Positions 9,525 through 18,694 of a stretch of 64,000 bases of DNA are shown here, in pieces. The notes beneath the pieces were generated by a model. That model was not told the DNA's origin. It saw only the letters and a list, made by a program, of their open reading frames with translations, and did no database searches. Positions within the stretch are counted from its first letter, which is position 1; each line of letters starts with the position of its first letter. Source of the stretch: Parcubacteria bacterium C7867-005 (GTDB lineage: Bacteria > Patescibacteriota > Minisyncoccia > Phycocordibacterales > Zambryskibacteraceae); NCBI GenBank assembly GCA_001189165.1, contig LFCO01000003.1, forward strand, positions 190,984 through 254,983. Direction: 5' to 3'. Position numbers and translations under genes: made by a program.

Positions 9525-10796
9525 ATGAAAGAGTTTGTACAAAAATTGCGTTTGATTTTCTCTGAACCAATTTTGAGAAAAAGGATTTTTATCACCTTAG
9601 CTATCTTGGTGACCTTCAGGATACTTGCCGCGATCCCCATTCCCGGCATAGATACACTCAGACTCGAAAGTTTGTTTGCAGATAATCAATTCCTCAGTCT
9701 CTTGAATGTGTTCTCAGGTGGGGGACTCTCTACTCTTTCTATAGTGATGCTCGGAGTCAGTCCATATATTACTGCTTCTATCATCATGCAGCTCCTTACG
9801 CTCATGGTCCCCAAATTTAAATCCATGTATCAAGAAGAAGGAGATGCAGGTAGAAGGAGATTTTCCCAATACTCTAGGATACTCGCTGTACCACTCGCGG
9901 TCATCCAAGCATATAGCTTCATCGTACTCTTCCAGAGACAGGGAGTATTGCCACCGTTGTCCCTCATCTCTTTCATCGTCGACATGTCGGTTATCGTAGC
10001 TGGTTCCATGCTTTTGGTCTGGATCGGTGAATTGGTCACAGAGTTTGGGGTTGGTAACGGAGTGTCACTTATTATCTTTGCTGGTATCGTCTCTGCACTC
10101 CCCGCAAGTATCGGCCAGCTCATTTTCACTTTCAGTGTTGCCCAGATACCTGTCTACCTAGTTTCTCTTGTTGTGGTGCTTTTGGTGATTTATGGAGTGG
10201 TGTTTGTTACAGAAGCAGAGAGACCTATACCGATCACTTACGCCAAACAGGCGAGAGGCGGAGCTTCTACTGGGGGCATCTCTACATACCTTCCCTTGAG
10301 GGTTAACCAAGCTGGAGTGATACCTATTATTTTTGCCTTGTCTATACTTCTGTTCCCACAGATGATTCTTCAGTTTTTGAATACTTCGAAGATTGCAGCC
10401 GTAGCGGACACAGCTTCAAAGCTTCTTGCTCTACTAGCAAACCAGTGGTTCTACGGTATAGCGTATTTCGTACTAGTATTTTTGTTCACTTACTTCTATA
10501 CCGCGGTTACCGTGGATCCAGATCAGATGTCTACAAACCTACAAAAATCCGGTGCTTTTATCCCCGGTATCCGTCCTGGTCAATCTACAGCCGAGTACCT
10601 TTCTAAAGTGATCACACGACTCACGCTGGTTGGAGCATTGTTCCTCAGCTTCGTCGCTGTTCTGCCTCTTATATTGCGAGGTATAACAGGTATCCAATCA
10701 TTGGCTATCGGTGGTACAGGACTCCTCATCGTCGTTTCTGTGGTTATTGATCTTATGAAGAAGATCAACGCTCAAGTTTCTGTGAGGGAATATTAG
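9525..10796 (+). CDS. secY: Preprotein translocase SecY
   Basis: LGVSPYITASII, GVGNGVSLIIF, AGVIPIIFA, IPGIRPG. Confidence 0.98.
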   Translation: MKEFVQKLRLIFSEPILRKRIFITLAILVTFRILAAIPIPGIDTLRLESLFADNQFLSLLNVFSGGGLSTLSIVMLGVSPYITASIIMQLLTLMVPKFKSMYQEEGDAGRRRFSQYSRILAVPLAVIQAYSFIVLFQRQGVLPPLSLISFIVDMSVIVAGSMLLVWIGELVTEFGVGNGVSLIIFAGIVSALPASIGQLIFTFSVAQIPVYLVSLVVVLLVIYGVVFVTEAERPIPITYAKQARGGASTGGISTYLPLRVNQAGVIPIIFALSILLFPQMILQFLNTSKIAAVADTASKLLALLANQWFYGIAYFVLVFLFTYFYTAVTVDPDQMSTNLQKSGAFIPGIRPGQSTAEYLSKVITRLTLVGALFLSFVAVLPLILRGITGIQSLAIGGTGLLIVVSVVIDLMKKINAQVSVREY

Positions 10797-10810
10797 GGTA
10801 GAATAGGGGG

Positions 10811-11416
10811 GTGGATTTACAGACTTTTATTTTTATAGGACGCTCTGGTTGTGGCAAGGGCACACAAGCTACCTTGCTCAAGGACCGGATTCATAACCAC
10901 GATCTGGAGAAACGACAGATACTCTACATAGAGACCGGGGATAAGTTCAGAGAGTTTATCCGAGGTAGAGGTTTTTCTGCGCTCCTTTCAAAAGAAATTT
11001 ATGACAGGGACGACCGACAGCCGGATTTCCTTGCGTGTTTTATGTGGTCTAACATGCTCCTTGAAGAACTCGAGGACAACATGCATCTTGTTTTCGATGG
11101 AGCTCCACGATCTCTTTCGGAAGCGAGGTTGCTTACTACCGCATTAGCATTCTACAAAAGGAAAAACACGGTGGTTATACATTTGAATGTTAGTCGCAAA
11201 TGGTCCGAGGAGAGATTATTGTCCAGAGGTAGATCTGATGACGCGAGTCTCTCTAAGATAAACAAAAGATTGGATTGGTTTGATAAAGATGTAGTTCCTG
11301 CTTTAGATTTTTTTAAAAATACTCCAGGTTTCAAATTTATAGAAGTGAATGGAGAACAGAGTATAGAGAATGTGCATAGAGAGATTGTTTCAAAATACGA
11401 CAATGATAAAGCTTAA
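10811..11416 (+). CDS. adk: Adenylate/nucleoside monophosphate kinase
   Basis: GRSGCGKGTQ P-loop, DGAPR, R.DD; follows secY. Confidence 0.85.
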   Translation: MDLQTFIFIGRSGCGKGTQATLLKDRIHNHDLEKRQILYIETGDKFREFIRGRGFSALLSKEIYDRDDRQPDFLACFMWSNMLLEELEDNMHLVFDGAPRSLSEARLLTTALAFYKRKNTVVIHLNVSRKWSEERLLSRGRSDDASLSKINKRLDWFDKDVVPALDFFKNTPGFKFIEVNGEQSIENVHREIVSKYDNDKA

Positions 11417-12170
11417 AACCAAAGAAGAAATAGAGACATTAAAGGCCGGAGGCAAGAGGCATGGAGAAATATTGCGGGAACTTTCGAAGATGGTTGCTCC
11501 AGGTGTTTCCACACTTATCCTAGAAGAGGAGGCCAGGCGCATGATCAGAGAAGGGGGAGATAAGCCTGCGTTTTTGGGCTATACACCAGCTGGGGCCGGC
11601 CGGGCATTCCCTGCTGCTCTTTGTGTTTCTATAAACCAAGAAATTGTCCACGGTATACCCAATGAGGCTTCTAGGATCATAAATGATGGAGACATCGTTT
11701 CTCTTGATTTGGGCTTAGTACACGGCGGTCTGATAACTGATGCGGCGATCACGGTTCCTGCTGGGGCCATAGATGATGAATCCAGAAAGTTAATCGAAGT
11801 GGCCCGTAACGCACTCGTCGCTGGTATAAACGAAGTACATCCTGGGGGATTTGTCGGAGATATCAGTCAGGCGATATCTGATGTGGTGAGGAAGTCAGGG
11901 TTTTCTTTGGCTGAAGATTTGGCTGGGCACGGAGTTGGTTATGCCGTGCACGAAGATCCATTTGTGCCAAATGTCGGACGAAGGGGTACTGGAGAACAGT
12001 TGGTCCCGGGGATGGTGATTGCCATAGAGCCGATGGTGAATGCAGGCAAGTCGGGGATCAAACTTTCTAAGGATGGTTACACGATTCGTACTAAAGATGG
12101 TTTACGTAGTGCACATTTTGAACACACAGTAGCTGTCACAGATGAAGGGTGTGTGATCCTCACGGCCTAA
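11403..12170 (+). CDS. map: Type I methionine aminopeptidase (start moved to ATG 11403)
   Basis: HGIP, D.G...D.A.T, GHGVG..VHEDP, AIEPM, SAHFEHT. Confidence 0.95.
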   Translation: MIKLKTKEEIETLKAGGKRHGEILRELSKMVAPGVSTLILEEEARRMIREGGDKPAFLGYTPAGAGRAFPAALCVSINQEIVHGIPNEASRIINDGDIVSLDLGLVHGGLITDAAITVPAGAIDDESRKLIEVARNALVAGINEVHPGGFVGDISQAISDVVRKSGFSLAEDLAGHGVGYAVHEDPFVPNVGRRGTGEQLVPGMVIAIEPMVNAGKSGIKLSKDGYTIRTKDGLRSAHFEHTVAVTDEGCVILTA

Positions 12171-12232
12171 ATTTGCTTTGGTTTCTATAATAATTTTCTA
12201 TGCTATACTCTTCTCACTTATAATTTTTGTAT

Positions 12233-12835
12233 ATGAATCATCCAAAAAAAGAAAGGAGTTTTGTAGCAGTTAAGCATGACGGAGTGCAGAGGACTCTGGT
12301 GGGAGAGGTTATTAAGCGCATAGAGAGGACTGGACTGAAGATCGTCGCTCTCAAGATGTTTGTACCAACAAGGGACAGGGCTATAGAGCATTACGGTAAG
12401 GACGATAAGTGGTGCGAGGAGAAAGGGTCTTACTTAATTGAAGGGATGAAGGCCAAGGGAGAGACTCCAAATAAACCTGCTCAAGAATATGGTCGAGAGA
12501 TTGTGGAGACTGTTATCAAGTACTTCACAATGGGTCCAGTGGTGGGGTTTGTGGTTGAGGGGGCTCATGCTGTAGACGTTGTAAAGAAGTTGGCCGGAAG
12601 TACCGAGCCAAGCAAATCGGACGTTGGTACTATTAGAGGAGATTACAACATAGACTCTTATCTTTCCGCTAATCTAAATGGTAGAGCAGTAAGAAATATC
12701 ATGCATTGCTCAGACAAACCAGAGGAGGCCGAGAGGGAAATAAAAATTTGGTTCAAAGACGAAGAAATCATAAACTACAAATCAATCCAAGAGGCGATGT
12801 TGTATGATGTGAATCTTGACGGTATTTTGGAGTAA
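12233..12835 (+). CDS. ndk: Nucleoside diphosphate kinase
   Basis: ERSFVAVKHDGVQR, GTIRGD, NIMHCSD. Confidence 0.93.
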   Translation: MNHPKKERSFVAVKHDGVQRTLVGEVIKRIERTGLKIVALKMFVPTRDRAIEHYGKDDKWCEEKGSYLIEGMKAKGETPNKPAQEYGREIVETVIKYFTMGPVVGFVVEGAHAVDVVKKLAGSTEPSKSDVGTIRGDYNIDSYLSANLNGRAVRNIMHCSDKPEEAEREIKIWFKDEEIINYKSIQEAMLYDVNLDGILE

Positions 12836-12935
12836 TGCTCGAGTTCGTGAGGTTTTAAGCCTCTTTTCAAAATATTTGGAGTAATCAACAGATTTTATTT
12901 GTGCAGTTTTTATTTATGAGGAGTATAATCTGTGA

Positions 12936-13057
12936 AGGGTTATTTGAGGTATTATCTAGCAAACAATTTTCAGGGAGCCTCACATTACTCGAGACCTTGG
13001 TCTCCAGTTGCGGGCACCCACCTAGTATCACTACTAGGGTATACTGAAAATAACCCT
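12936..13057 (+). ncRNA. ssrS: 6S RNA (short, ~122 nt)
   Basis: Terminal helix AGGGUUAUUU/AAAUAACCCU; internal GGGAGCC and GGGCACCCACCU motifs recalled from Firmicutes-type 6S RNA; TATAAT 6 nt upstream and terminator downstream. Confidence 0.72.
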
Positions 13058-13065
13058 ACCAAAGC

Positions 13066-13088
13066 TCCTGACCACGGTCAGGATTTTT
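13066..13088 (+). terminator. Terminator of the 6S RNA
   Basis: tcctgac-cacg-gtcagga plus TTTTT. Confidence 0.75.
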
Positions 13089-13125
13089 GTTTCAAGAGCA
13101 TTTAACCGTCTGTTATAATAGATCA

Positions 13126-13521
13126 GTGGTACACAAAACTCTTTCACGCGCATTCGGACTCCTGATTCTGCTCCTCGCCCTACACCTTATGGGTAGTATT
13201 TTTTATTATTATTGGGAATTCTGGTGGTTTGATAACTTCATGCATTTCCTCGGGTCTTTCGCCCTCGGTTTATTTATCATTTGGTTTGTTTTCCTGTCGG
13301 AACTTTTTTGGAAGTCTGTGCCGAACAAGAAAACCATTTTCTTTGCAGTCATACTCTCCATGATCGTCATCGGTGGTGTTTGGGAGTTGTTCGAATATAC
13401 AAATAACCTTACAGAATCCACAGAGGGTTATACCAAAGATGTCGTGCATGACATGATCTCCGTGTTTGTCGGCGCAGTGCTCGCTGGATATGTCGGCAGT
13501 AGAGAAAATAAAAATGTCTAA
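13126..13521 (+). CDS. Hypothetical membrane protein (start moved to GTG 13126)
   Basis: About 4 TM segments; D..MHFLG and WELFE motifs. Confidence 0.75.
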   Translation: MVHKTLSRAFGLLILLLALHLMGSIFYYYWEFWWFDNFMHFLGSFALGLFIIWFVFLSELFWKSVPNKKTIFFAVILSMIVIGGVWELFEYTNNLTESTEGYTKDVVHDMISVFVGAVLAGYVGSRENKNV

Positions 13522-14878
13522 GCCAACACTATCTTGTTTCGGTGGGGTTGGATATGTTACTGGTGCTAACTTTTTATTAGAGACAGAAACGAGCAAATCC
13601 CTAATCGATTGCGGTCTGCTCCAAGGAGTAGAGAATTCTGATGGTATAAATGCAGATAAGTTTGATTATGATCCAGCCACTATAGATTTTTTGTTTATAA
13701 CCCATGCGCACATAGACCACATCGGCAGAGTACCAAAATTAGTGAAGGATGGTTTTAAGGGGGTGATATATTCGACAAAGGAGACCAAGGAACTATCCCG
13801 CCTCATGCTAGAAGATATGGCCAGGATAAACGAGTCGAATGCGCAAGAGAGAGGGGTTGAACCGATCTATACCAACATACACGCTGAGCAGGCTCTTAAT
13901 CTATGGCAAGCAATCCCATATCATGAGTCCAAAAAATTTGCTGACTTTAGTCTAGATTTATTTGATGCGGGCCATATCCTCGGTTCTGCCATGTATAAAT
14001 TCACCTTCCCTAGTGGCAAGTCCATGCTGTTCACTGGAGATTTGGGTAATTCGCCCTCACCATTGCTCCGAGATACAGAGAAAATTGTTGGGGTTGATTA
14101 TATATTGATGGACTCCGTTTATGGAGATAGGAATCATGAGGACCACTCCGAGAGAGATCGCCGATTCAAGGAGATAGTTAATGAAGTCATAGCAAAAAAG
14201 GGGACACTACTCATCCCAGTTTTCTCTTTAGAGCGTACTCAGGTGCTTCTTTTTGAACTTGATAATCTACTCGAATCGAAACAGATTGCCCCTGTGTCTG
14301 TATTCCTTGATTCACCACTGGCTATTCGTATAACCGCGGTTTATGAGAGAACGGATAGTGAGTACAACAAAGATGTCCAAAAAGAACTTTCTGGCGGAGA
14401 TGATATTTTTAGGTTCCCCAAACTTCGCATGACGGGCAAAGTGAGGGATTCTATGCAGATCGCAAACGAAAATGGCCCAAAGATTATCCTCGCTGGTTCA
14501 GGGATGTCTACTGCTGGACGAATACTTGGGCACGAAGCAAATTTCCTCCCAGATCCGAATGCCACACTTTTGTTGGTTGGCTATCAGGCACCGGGAACTC
14601 TGGGTCGGGTGATAGAAGAGGGGGCCAAGCAAGTAACAATCAAAGGACAAAATATACCTGTCCGTGCTCGTATAGAAAAAATAGATGGCTTCTCCGCTCA
14701 TAAGGGGTCAGATGGTTTGGTAGACTTTGTGGCAGACACCAAAGATTCCGTCAAGAAAGTTTTTGTCACTATGGGTGAACCCAGGTCGTCTATCTTTCTA
14801 GCCCAACGCCTAAAGGATGAATTGGATGTAGATGCTCTGGTGCCAGAGAGGGGAAAGAGATATGAACTAGATCTATAA
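13514..14878 (+). CDS. MBL-fold/beta-CASP RNA metallo-hydrolase (Ysh1-like)
   Basis: IDCG, THAHIDHIG, AGHILGS, FTGDLG, FSAH. Confidence 0.9.
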   Translation: MSKPTLSCFGGVGYVTGANFLLETETSKSLIDCGLLQGVENSDGINADKFDYDPATIDFLFITHAHIDHIGRVPKLVKDGFKGVIYSTKETKELSRLMLEDMARINESNAQERGVEPIYTNIHAEQALNLWQAIPYHESKKFADFSLDLFDAGHILGSAMYKFTFPSGKSMLFTGDLGNSPSPLLRDTEKIVGVDYILMDSVYGDRNHEDHSERDRRFKEIVNEVIAKKGTLLIPVFSLERTQVLLFELDNLLESKQIAPVSVFLDSPLAIRITAVYERTDSEYNKDVQKELSGGDDIFRFPKLRMTGKVRDSMQIANENGPKIILAGSGMSTAGRILGHEANFLPDPNATLLLVGYQAPGTLGRVIEEGAKQVTIKGQNIPVRARIEKIDGFSAHKGSDGLVDFVADTKDSVKKVFVTMGEPRSSIFLAQRLKDELDVDALVPERGKRYELDL

Positions 14879-14908
14879 AAAAACTCCGGAGAGATCCGGA
14901 GTTTTTTT
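14877..14908. terminator. Bidirectional terminator between the MBL hydrolase and rplT
   Basis: A7-ctccgga-gaga-tccggag-T7 inverted repeat. Confidence 0.85.
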
Positions 14909-15272
14909 ATTTTGTTTTGATTGCAGATGCTACGGCTTTCTCTAGAACTTTCTTGAATATGGCTGGGTGATTCTCTGCGAGGTCAGCGAGGACTTTGCGG
15001 TCGAGGGCGATATCGTTTTTCTTGAGGTTTGCGATGAATTTAGAGTATGTAGTGCCGAGTTCACGGAGAGCGGCGTTCATGCGTACGTTCCAAAGTCTGC
15101 GGAAATCACCTTTCTTATCTTTCCTGTGAGCAAATGAGTAAGTACCAGCATGGAAGATAGCTTCATTTGCCTGGCGTTCCTTAGTTGATCTGCCGTGTCT
15201 GTAGCCCTTAACTTTGCGGAGGATATTCTTTCTGGATTTGAGGGCATTAACACCCTTTTTGACTCTGGTCAT
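14907..15272 (-). CDS. rplT: 50S ribosomal protein L20
   Basis: MTRVKKG, KGY, FRRLW..R.NAA, LDRKVLADLA. Confidence 0.97.
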   Translation of the reverse strand: MTRVKKGVNALKSRKNILRKVKGYRHGRSTKERQANEAIFHAGTYSFAHRKDKKGDFRRLWNVRMNAALRELGTTYSKFIANLKKNDIALDRKVLADLAENHPAIFKKVLEKAVASAIKTK

Positions 15273-15276
15273 GGTT

Positions 15277-15468
15277 TTATAGGTTTACTAGGTATCTGCT
15301 CCTTTCTTTATTCGACATATGGAATTCTACTTTGCCCCCCTTACCACCCTTGGCAGCATGCCTCTCTTTGGAGTTGAAGTGGTTCTGACCGGTTTTACGT
15401 GCCAAAATCTTGCCATTTTTGGTGACCTTGAGGCGCTTTGAGTAGGATTTATTGGTCTTCATGGCCAT
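15277..15468 (-). CDS. rpmI: 50S ribosomal protein L35
   Basis: MKTNKS..KRLKVTKNGK; between infC and rplT. Confidence 0.93.
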   Translation of the reverse strand: MAMKTNKSYSKRLKVTKNGKILARKTGQNHFNSKERHAAKGGKGGKVEFHMSNKERSRYLVNL

Positions 15469-15554
15469 AAATATGTGGGTTTGCCGAGTAGGCTAGGTGT
15501 CTTATATTACTTATTTATCAGAGAATGTCCAGCCTTGAGTCCGAGCTAGCCTGT

Positions 15555-16067
15555 CTAGGCCTTCTCCAAGATAGTGGTCATGCCTTTTGGGCTTTTTTTA
15601 GCTGGATCTGCAACTTTGTACTCGACGGTCACTAACTTGAGCATCCTTTCCAGGCGTTCCTTGAGGAATTTTTCATCTAGGTATTTAGCCCTACCAGGTA
15701 AGAATAGGTCGATTTTGACCCTATTTCCTTCACCGAGCCACTCAGATGTTTTCCTGGCCTTGAGGTTTAGGTCGTGGTCACCTGTACCTAGTTTGACCTG
15801 AACTGTCTTTACTTCCACGGAGTGAGACTTGGATTTGGCTTGCTTCTGCTTCTTGTTTTCCTCGTACTGATACTTACCAAAGTCGGCTATCTTGGCGACT
15901 GGGGGAGTTGCGTTGGGGGATATCTCTATTAAATCTAGATCAAGATCTCGGGCATTTTTTAAGGCTTCTTCGAGGGTGACTACACCAAAATTCTCTCCTT
16001 TTGGACCTATGACACGGAGTTCTCGTGCCCTGATCTGCATATTAACTCTGACTTGTGTACTCAAAAT
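15555..16067 (-). CDS. infC: Translation initiation factor IF-3 (probable ATT start at 16067; TTG at 16064 is the alternative)
   Basis: N.QIRA.ELRVI, LDLIEISPNA.PPVAKI.DFGKYQYE. Confidence 0.95.
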   Translation of the reverse strand: MLSTQVRVNMQIRARELRVIGPKGENFGVVTLEEALKNARDLDLDLIEISPNATPPVAKIADFGKYQYEENKKQKQAKSKSHSVEVKTVQVKLGTGDHDLNLKARKTSEWLGEGNRVKIDLFLPGRAKYLDEKFLKERLERMLKLVTVEYKVADPAKKSPKGMTTILEKA

Positions 16068-16184
16068 CTTTATTCTGCGGTTTATTTCTAATTGGGCAAA
16101 TTATACCAGTGAGGAGGCCTTCCCACAAGGAAGGAGGGGATTCGAGTATTTGGTGTAGAGCAATTTTGCATGTACAATTTTTGT

Positions 16185-16640
16185 ATGGAACTAAAACACA
16201 AAACGCCAACCCTTGATGAAGTGAAGGAAAAGAGACCGATCCTCCGCAACCCCGTAAGAGAAACCAAGCTCTCTTTGCCGTACTTGGACGCATTCGCGCT
16301 TGTCATCACACGCAAGGTGGGTTCGATGGGTTTCTTTTTCTTGCTTTGTTTATGGACGGTTGCCTGGCTTCTGTGGAATGTTTATGCACCGATCGAATTG
16401 AGGTTTGATCCAGCGCCCGCATTTGTCATCTGGTTGTTTATTTCTAACCTCATACAGTTAGTACTTTTGCCTATGGTTATGGTGGCACAGAATATCGAAG
16501 GGAGGGTTGCTGATCAGAGAGCACAAGATGATTTTGAGATAAACAGTAGATCAGAAAAAGAAATAGAAGTTATCCTCGCTCACCTTGAAAATCAAAACGA
16601 ACTCCTCATGGAGCTTTCTAAGAAGATAGATAAAAAATAA
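16185..16640 (+). CDS. DUF1003-like membrane protein
   Basis: VGSMGFF, FDP.P, P..MVAQN, RAQDDFEIN. Confidence 0.8.
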   Translation: MELKHKTPTLDEVKEKRPILRNPVRETKLSLPYLDAFALVITRKVGSMGFFFLLCLWTVAWLLWNVYAPIELRFDPAPAFVIWLFISNLIQLVLLPMVMVAQNIEGRVADQRAQDDFEINSRSEKEIEVILAHLENQNELLMELSKKIDKK

Positions 16641-16704
16641 GATAGACAAAATAAACAAGAAAGTCGCACTACGTGCGACTGGTATCTATCCGGTATCCCA
16701 CTGA

Positions 16705-16737
16705 CCCCCGTGTCAACCTGCCAGGTTGACACGGGGG
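16705..16737 (-). terminator. Perfect 16-bp inverted repeat right after the stop of a GC-rich orphan
   Basis: cccccgtgtcaacctg-c-caggttgacacggggg; a second hairpin lies at 16662-16680. Confidence 0.65.
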
Positions 16738-17013
16738 CTACTGTTTTTGCTTTTCCTTTCCCAACACCTTGATTCTGAGATCGAGACCGATCGACTTGAG
16801 GTTTGCCTGAAGCTTGCCGAGAGCGGTGAACGATAGTCCAGTCGCCGTGCCGGTGATGGCTATCCATGGACCATCGTCTTTTTCGAACTCCGTGCCAAAG
16901 GCGGCGTCTATATCGCCCATGGGCCACTTACCTCTGCCGACGGTGACAGGCGCAAAGTCACGCTTTGCATCAAAGAACACAACTTCGAGGGGAAGGTTCA
17001 CCCGGTATCGCAT
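16738..17013 (-). CDS. Hypothetical protein (GC-rich orphan)
   Basis: 91-aa ORF with own TTGACA upstream and a hairpin downstream. Confidence 0.6.
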   Translation of the reverse strand: MRYRVNLPLEVVFFDAKRDFAPVTVGRGKWPMGDIDAAFGTEFEKDDGPWIAITGTATGLSFTALGKLQANLKSIGLDLRIKVLGKEKQKQ

Positions 17014-17080
17014 GTCGTTCTCTGGGTTGGAGTGGTCTATGTTCGATACTATGCTTGTGGTTAATCAGTGTCAATGAAGA

Positions 17081-17104
17081 AGCGCACACCGTGAGGTGTG
17101 CGCT
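17081..17104 (-). terminator. Hairpin after a GC-rich orphan
   Basis: agcgcacacc-gtga-ggtgtgcgct. Confidence 0.65.
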
Positions 17105-17108
17105 GTTG

Positions 17109-17657
17109 CTACCGAGGAATCGGTGCTGAGTCGGGCATGGTGGACGTCTCGATTTGATCGAGGATCTTCTGCTCATCCTGCGGACCGATCTCACCTCGGT
17201 TCACCAGGCGATAGAGGGCTTCCCTCGCGCCGGCCTTGGTGTTGGCCTCAGTGCCCTCCACCACCTGGTCGTTCTTGAGGATCGCGCTTTTCGGCGGATC
17301 CCCATCAGCCATGAGGAATTCGTACGAGCTCTTCTGGGGGGAGACGGCCGGGGCCAAGATCACGATGATTGCCCTGATTCCCTTGACTTCATCGAGGGAT
17401 GTGCGGTGGGGGAGGCCGGACGAGCGGATGTCGTTCTCGATTGCCGCTTTGTCTTTCAGCGGGATTCTTCCGGCGCGGAGGTTCTTCTCAAGGTGTTCGA
17501 TGGCCTGGCTCTGGCTTGTGTATGGGCCAGAAGCGGGCATCCCCTCCGGATCGAAGTAGTGCCCGTGCCGTGTGTGCAGATTGCAGGGCTCGCATCGACG
17601 GAAGCTGTGCCTCCCGGTAAAATCGGTGCCGGCTGCTGCTATTGCCAAACTCGCCAT
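17109..17657 (-). CDS. Hypothetical protein with CxxC and an internally duplicated helical module
   Basis: Start MASLAI at 17657 after GAGG; two similar ~36-aa segments. Confidence 0.65.
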   Translation of the reverse strand: MASLAIAAAGTDFTGRHSFRRCEPCNLHTRHGHYFDPEGMPASGPYTSQSQAIEHLEKNLRAGRIPLKDKAAIENDIRSSGLPHRTSLDEVKGIRAIIVILAPAVSPQKSSYEFLMADGDPPKSAILKNDQVVEGTEANTKAGAREALYRLVNRGEIGPQDEQKILDQIETSTMPDSAPIPR

Positions 17658-17744
17658 GGGCAGGTCCTCAGAGTAGGAGACGCGTGAGATTCTAATTAAG
17701 AGCTGGTTTGAGAATACGATAATATACTTTCGAAGATGTGTCAA

Positions 17745-17780
17745 TTAAACAAAAACCACCATCTGGTGGTTTTTGTTTAA
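17745..17780 (-). terminator. Terminator downstream of tmRNA
   Basis: Perfect inverted repeat ttaaacaaaaaccacca-tc-tggtggtttttgtttaa. Confidence 0.85.
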
Positions 17781-17801
17781 GGTTGTTAGACCTTTATTCT
17801 G

Positions 17802-18202
17802 TGGAGGTGGTGGGATTGAACCCACGTCCATGAGGATATTTGAAACGGGTCTACAAGGCGTAGTTTAGCTTGGTGTTTAGATCTATGAACTAAAAGCTAG
17901 ACAAAACATTCATAGATCGAGCTCGATCTTAGATCCTGAAGTGAGCAGTTTCCGGATTGGAGTCAGGCAGATTATGCGCCCCCTAACTCATGCCTGGCAG
18001 TGAGGATAGAGAACGTTCGGTACGAAGAGTATTAAGCTCTTACGTATGCGAATGCGAAATCGTTTGCTCCATAAAATGGAGAAACTATTGACTTCGCCTG
18101 TGCAAGAGTTGATTTTGCACTTAGGGTTCCAACCTTTTAAAGAGTTGTTGGAGCTCTGCCTCGCACGGGTCAAAGATGTCTCGTGTCAAAACTGACACCC
18201 CC
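17802..18202 (-). ncRNA. ssrA: tmRNA
   Basis: 5' GGGGGUG...UUUUGAC; 3' T-arm GUGGGUUCAAUCCCAC plus CACCUCCA; tag ORF 18118-18032; adjacent to smpB. Confidence 0.93.
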
Positions 18203-18211
18203 ATATTTAAA

Positions 18212-18649
18212 TTACAACGATCGTTTCAGGTCCCTTTCGACATCGCGTTTTTTGATACTCTCCCGTTTGTCGAATTTCTTCTTTCCACGGGCGATAGCGA
18301 GGTCGAGCTTCAGGAACCTACCTTTATTATACACCGAAATAGGCACTATTGTCAATCCTCCTGTTCCCTCCGCATTTTTTAGTATTTCTATCTCTGGTTT
18401 GGATAATAGGAGTCTGCGGGCACGAAGTGGATCATAGTCCTTTGGAGCATTATTCGGTTGATGAGGTTCGATGTTCGCATTCAATAAATAAGCTTCATCT
18501 CCACGGATACCCACATAAGCCCCGGCCAGAGAGAGTTTACCTTCGCGGACAGACTTCACTTCGGTACCAGAAAGTTCGAGCCCTGCGTGCAGATGCTCGA
18601 GGATCTCATAGTTGAACTTGGCTTTGCGGTTTGTCGCATTCGTAGTCAT
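18212..18649 (-). CDS. smpB: SsrA-binding protein SmpB
   Basis: NRKAKFNY, AGLELSGTEVKSVR, RRLLL.K.EI, GKKKFDKR. Confidence 0.97.
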   Translation of the reverse strand: MTTNATNRKAKFNYEILEHLHAGLELSGTEVKSVREGKLSLAGAYVGIRGDEAYLLNANIEPHQPNNAPKDYDPLRARRLLLSKPEIEILKNAEGTGGLTIVPISVYNKGRFLKLDLAIARGKKKFDKRESIKKRDVERDLKRSL

Positions 18650-18694
18650 ACGGCCATCATAGCAAAATCCAGATTTTTCGGTATAATACGGTCC

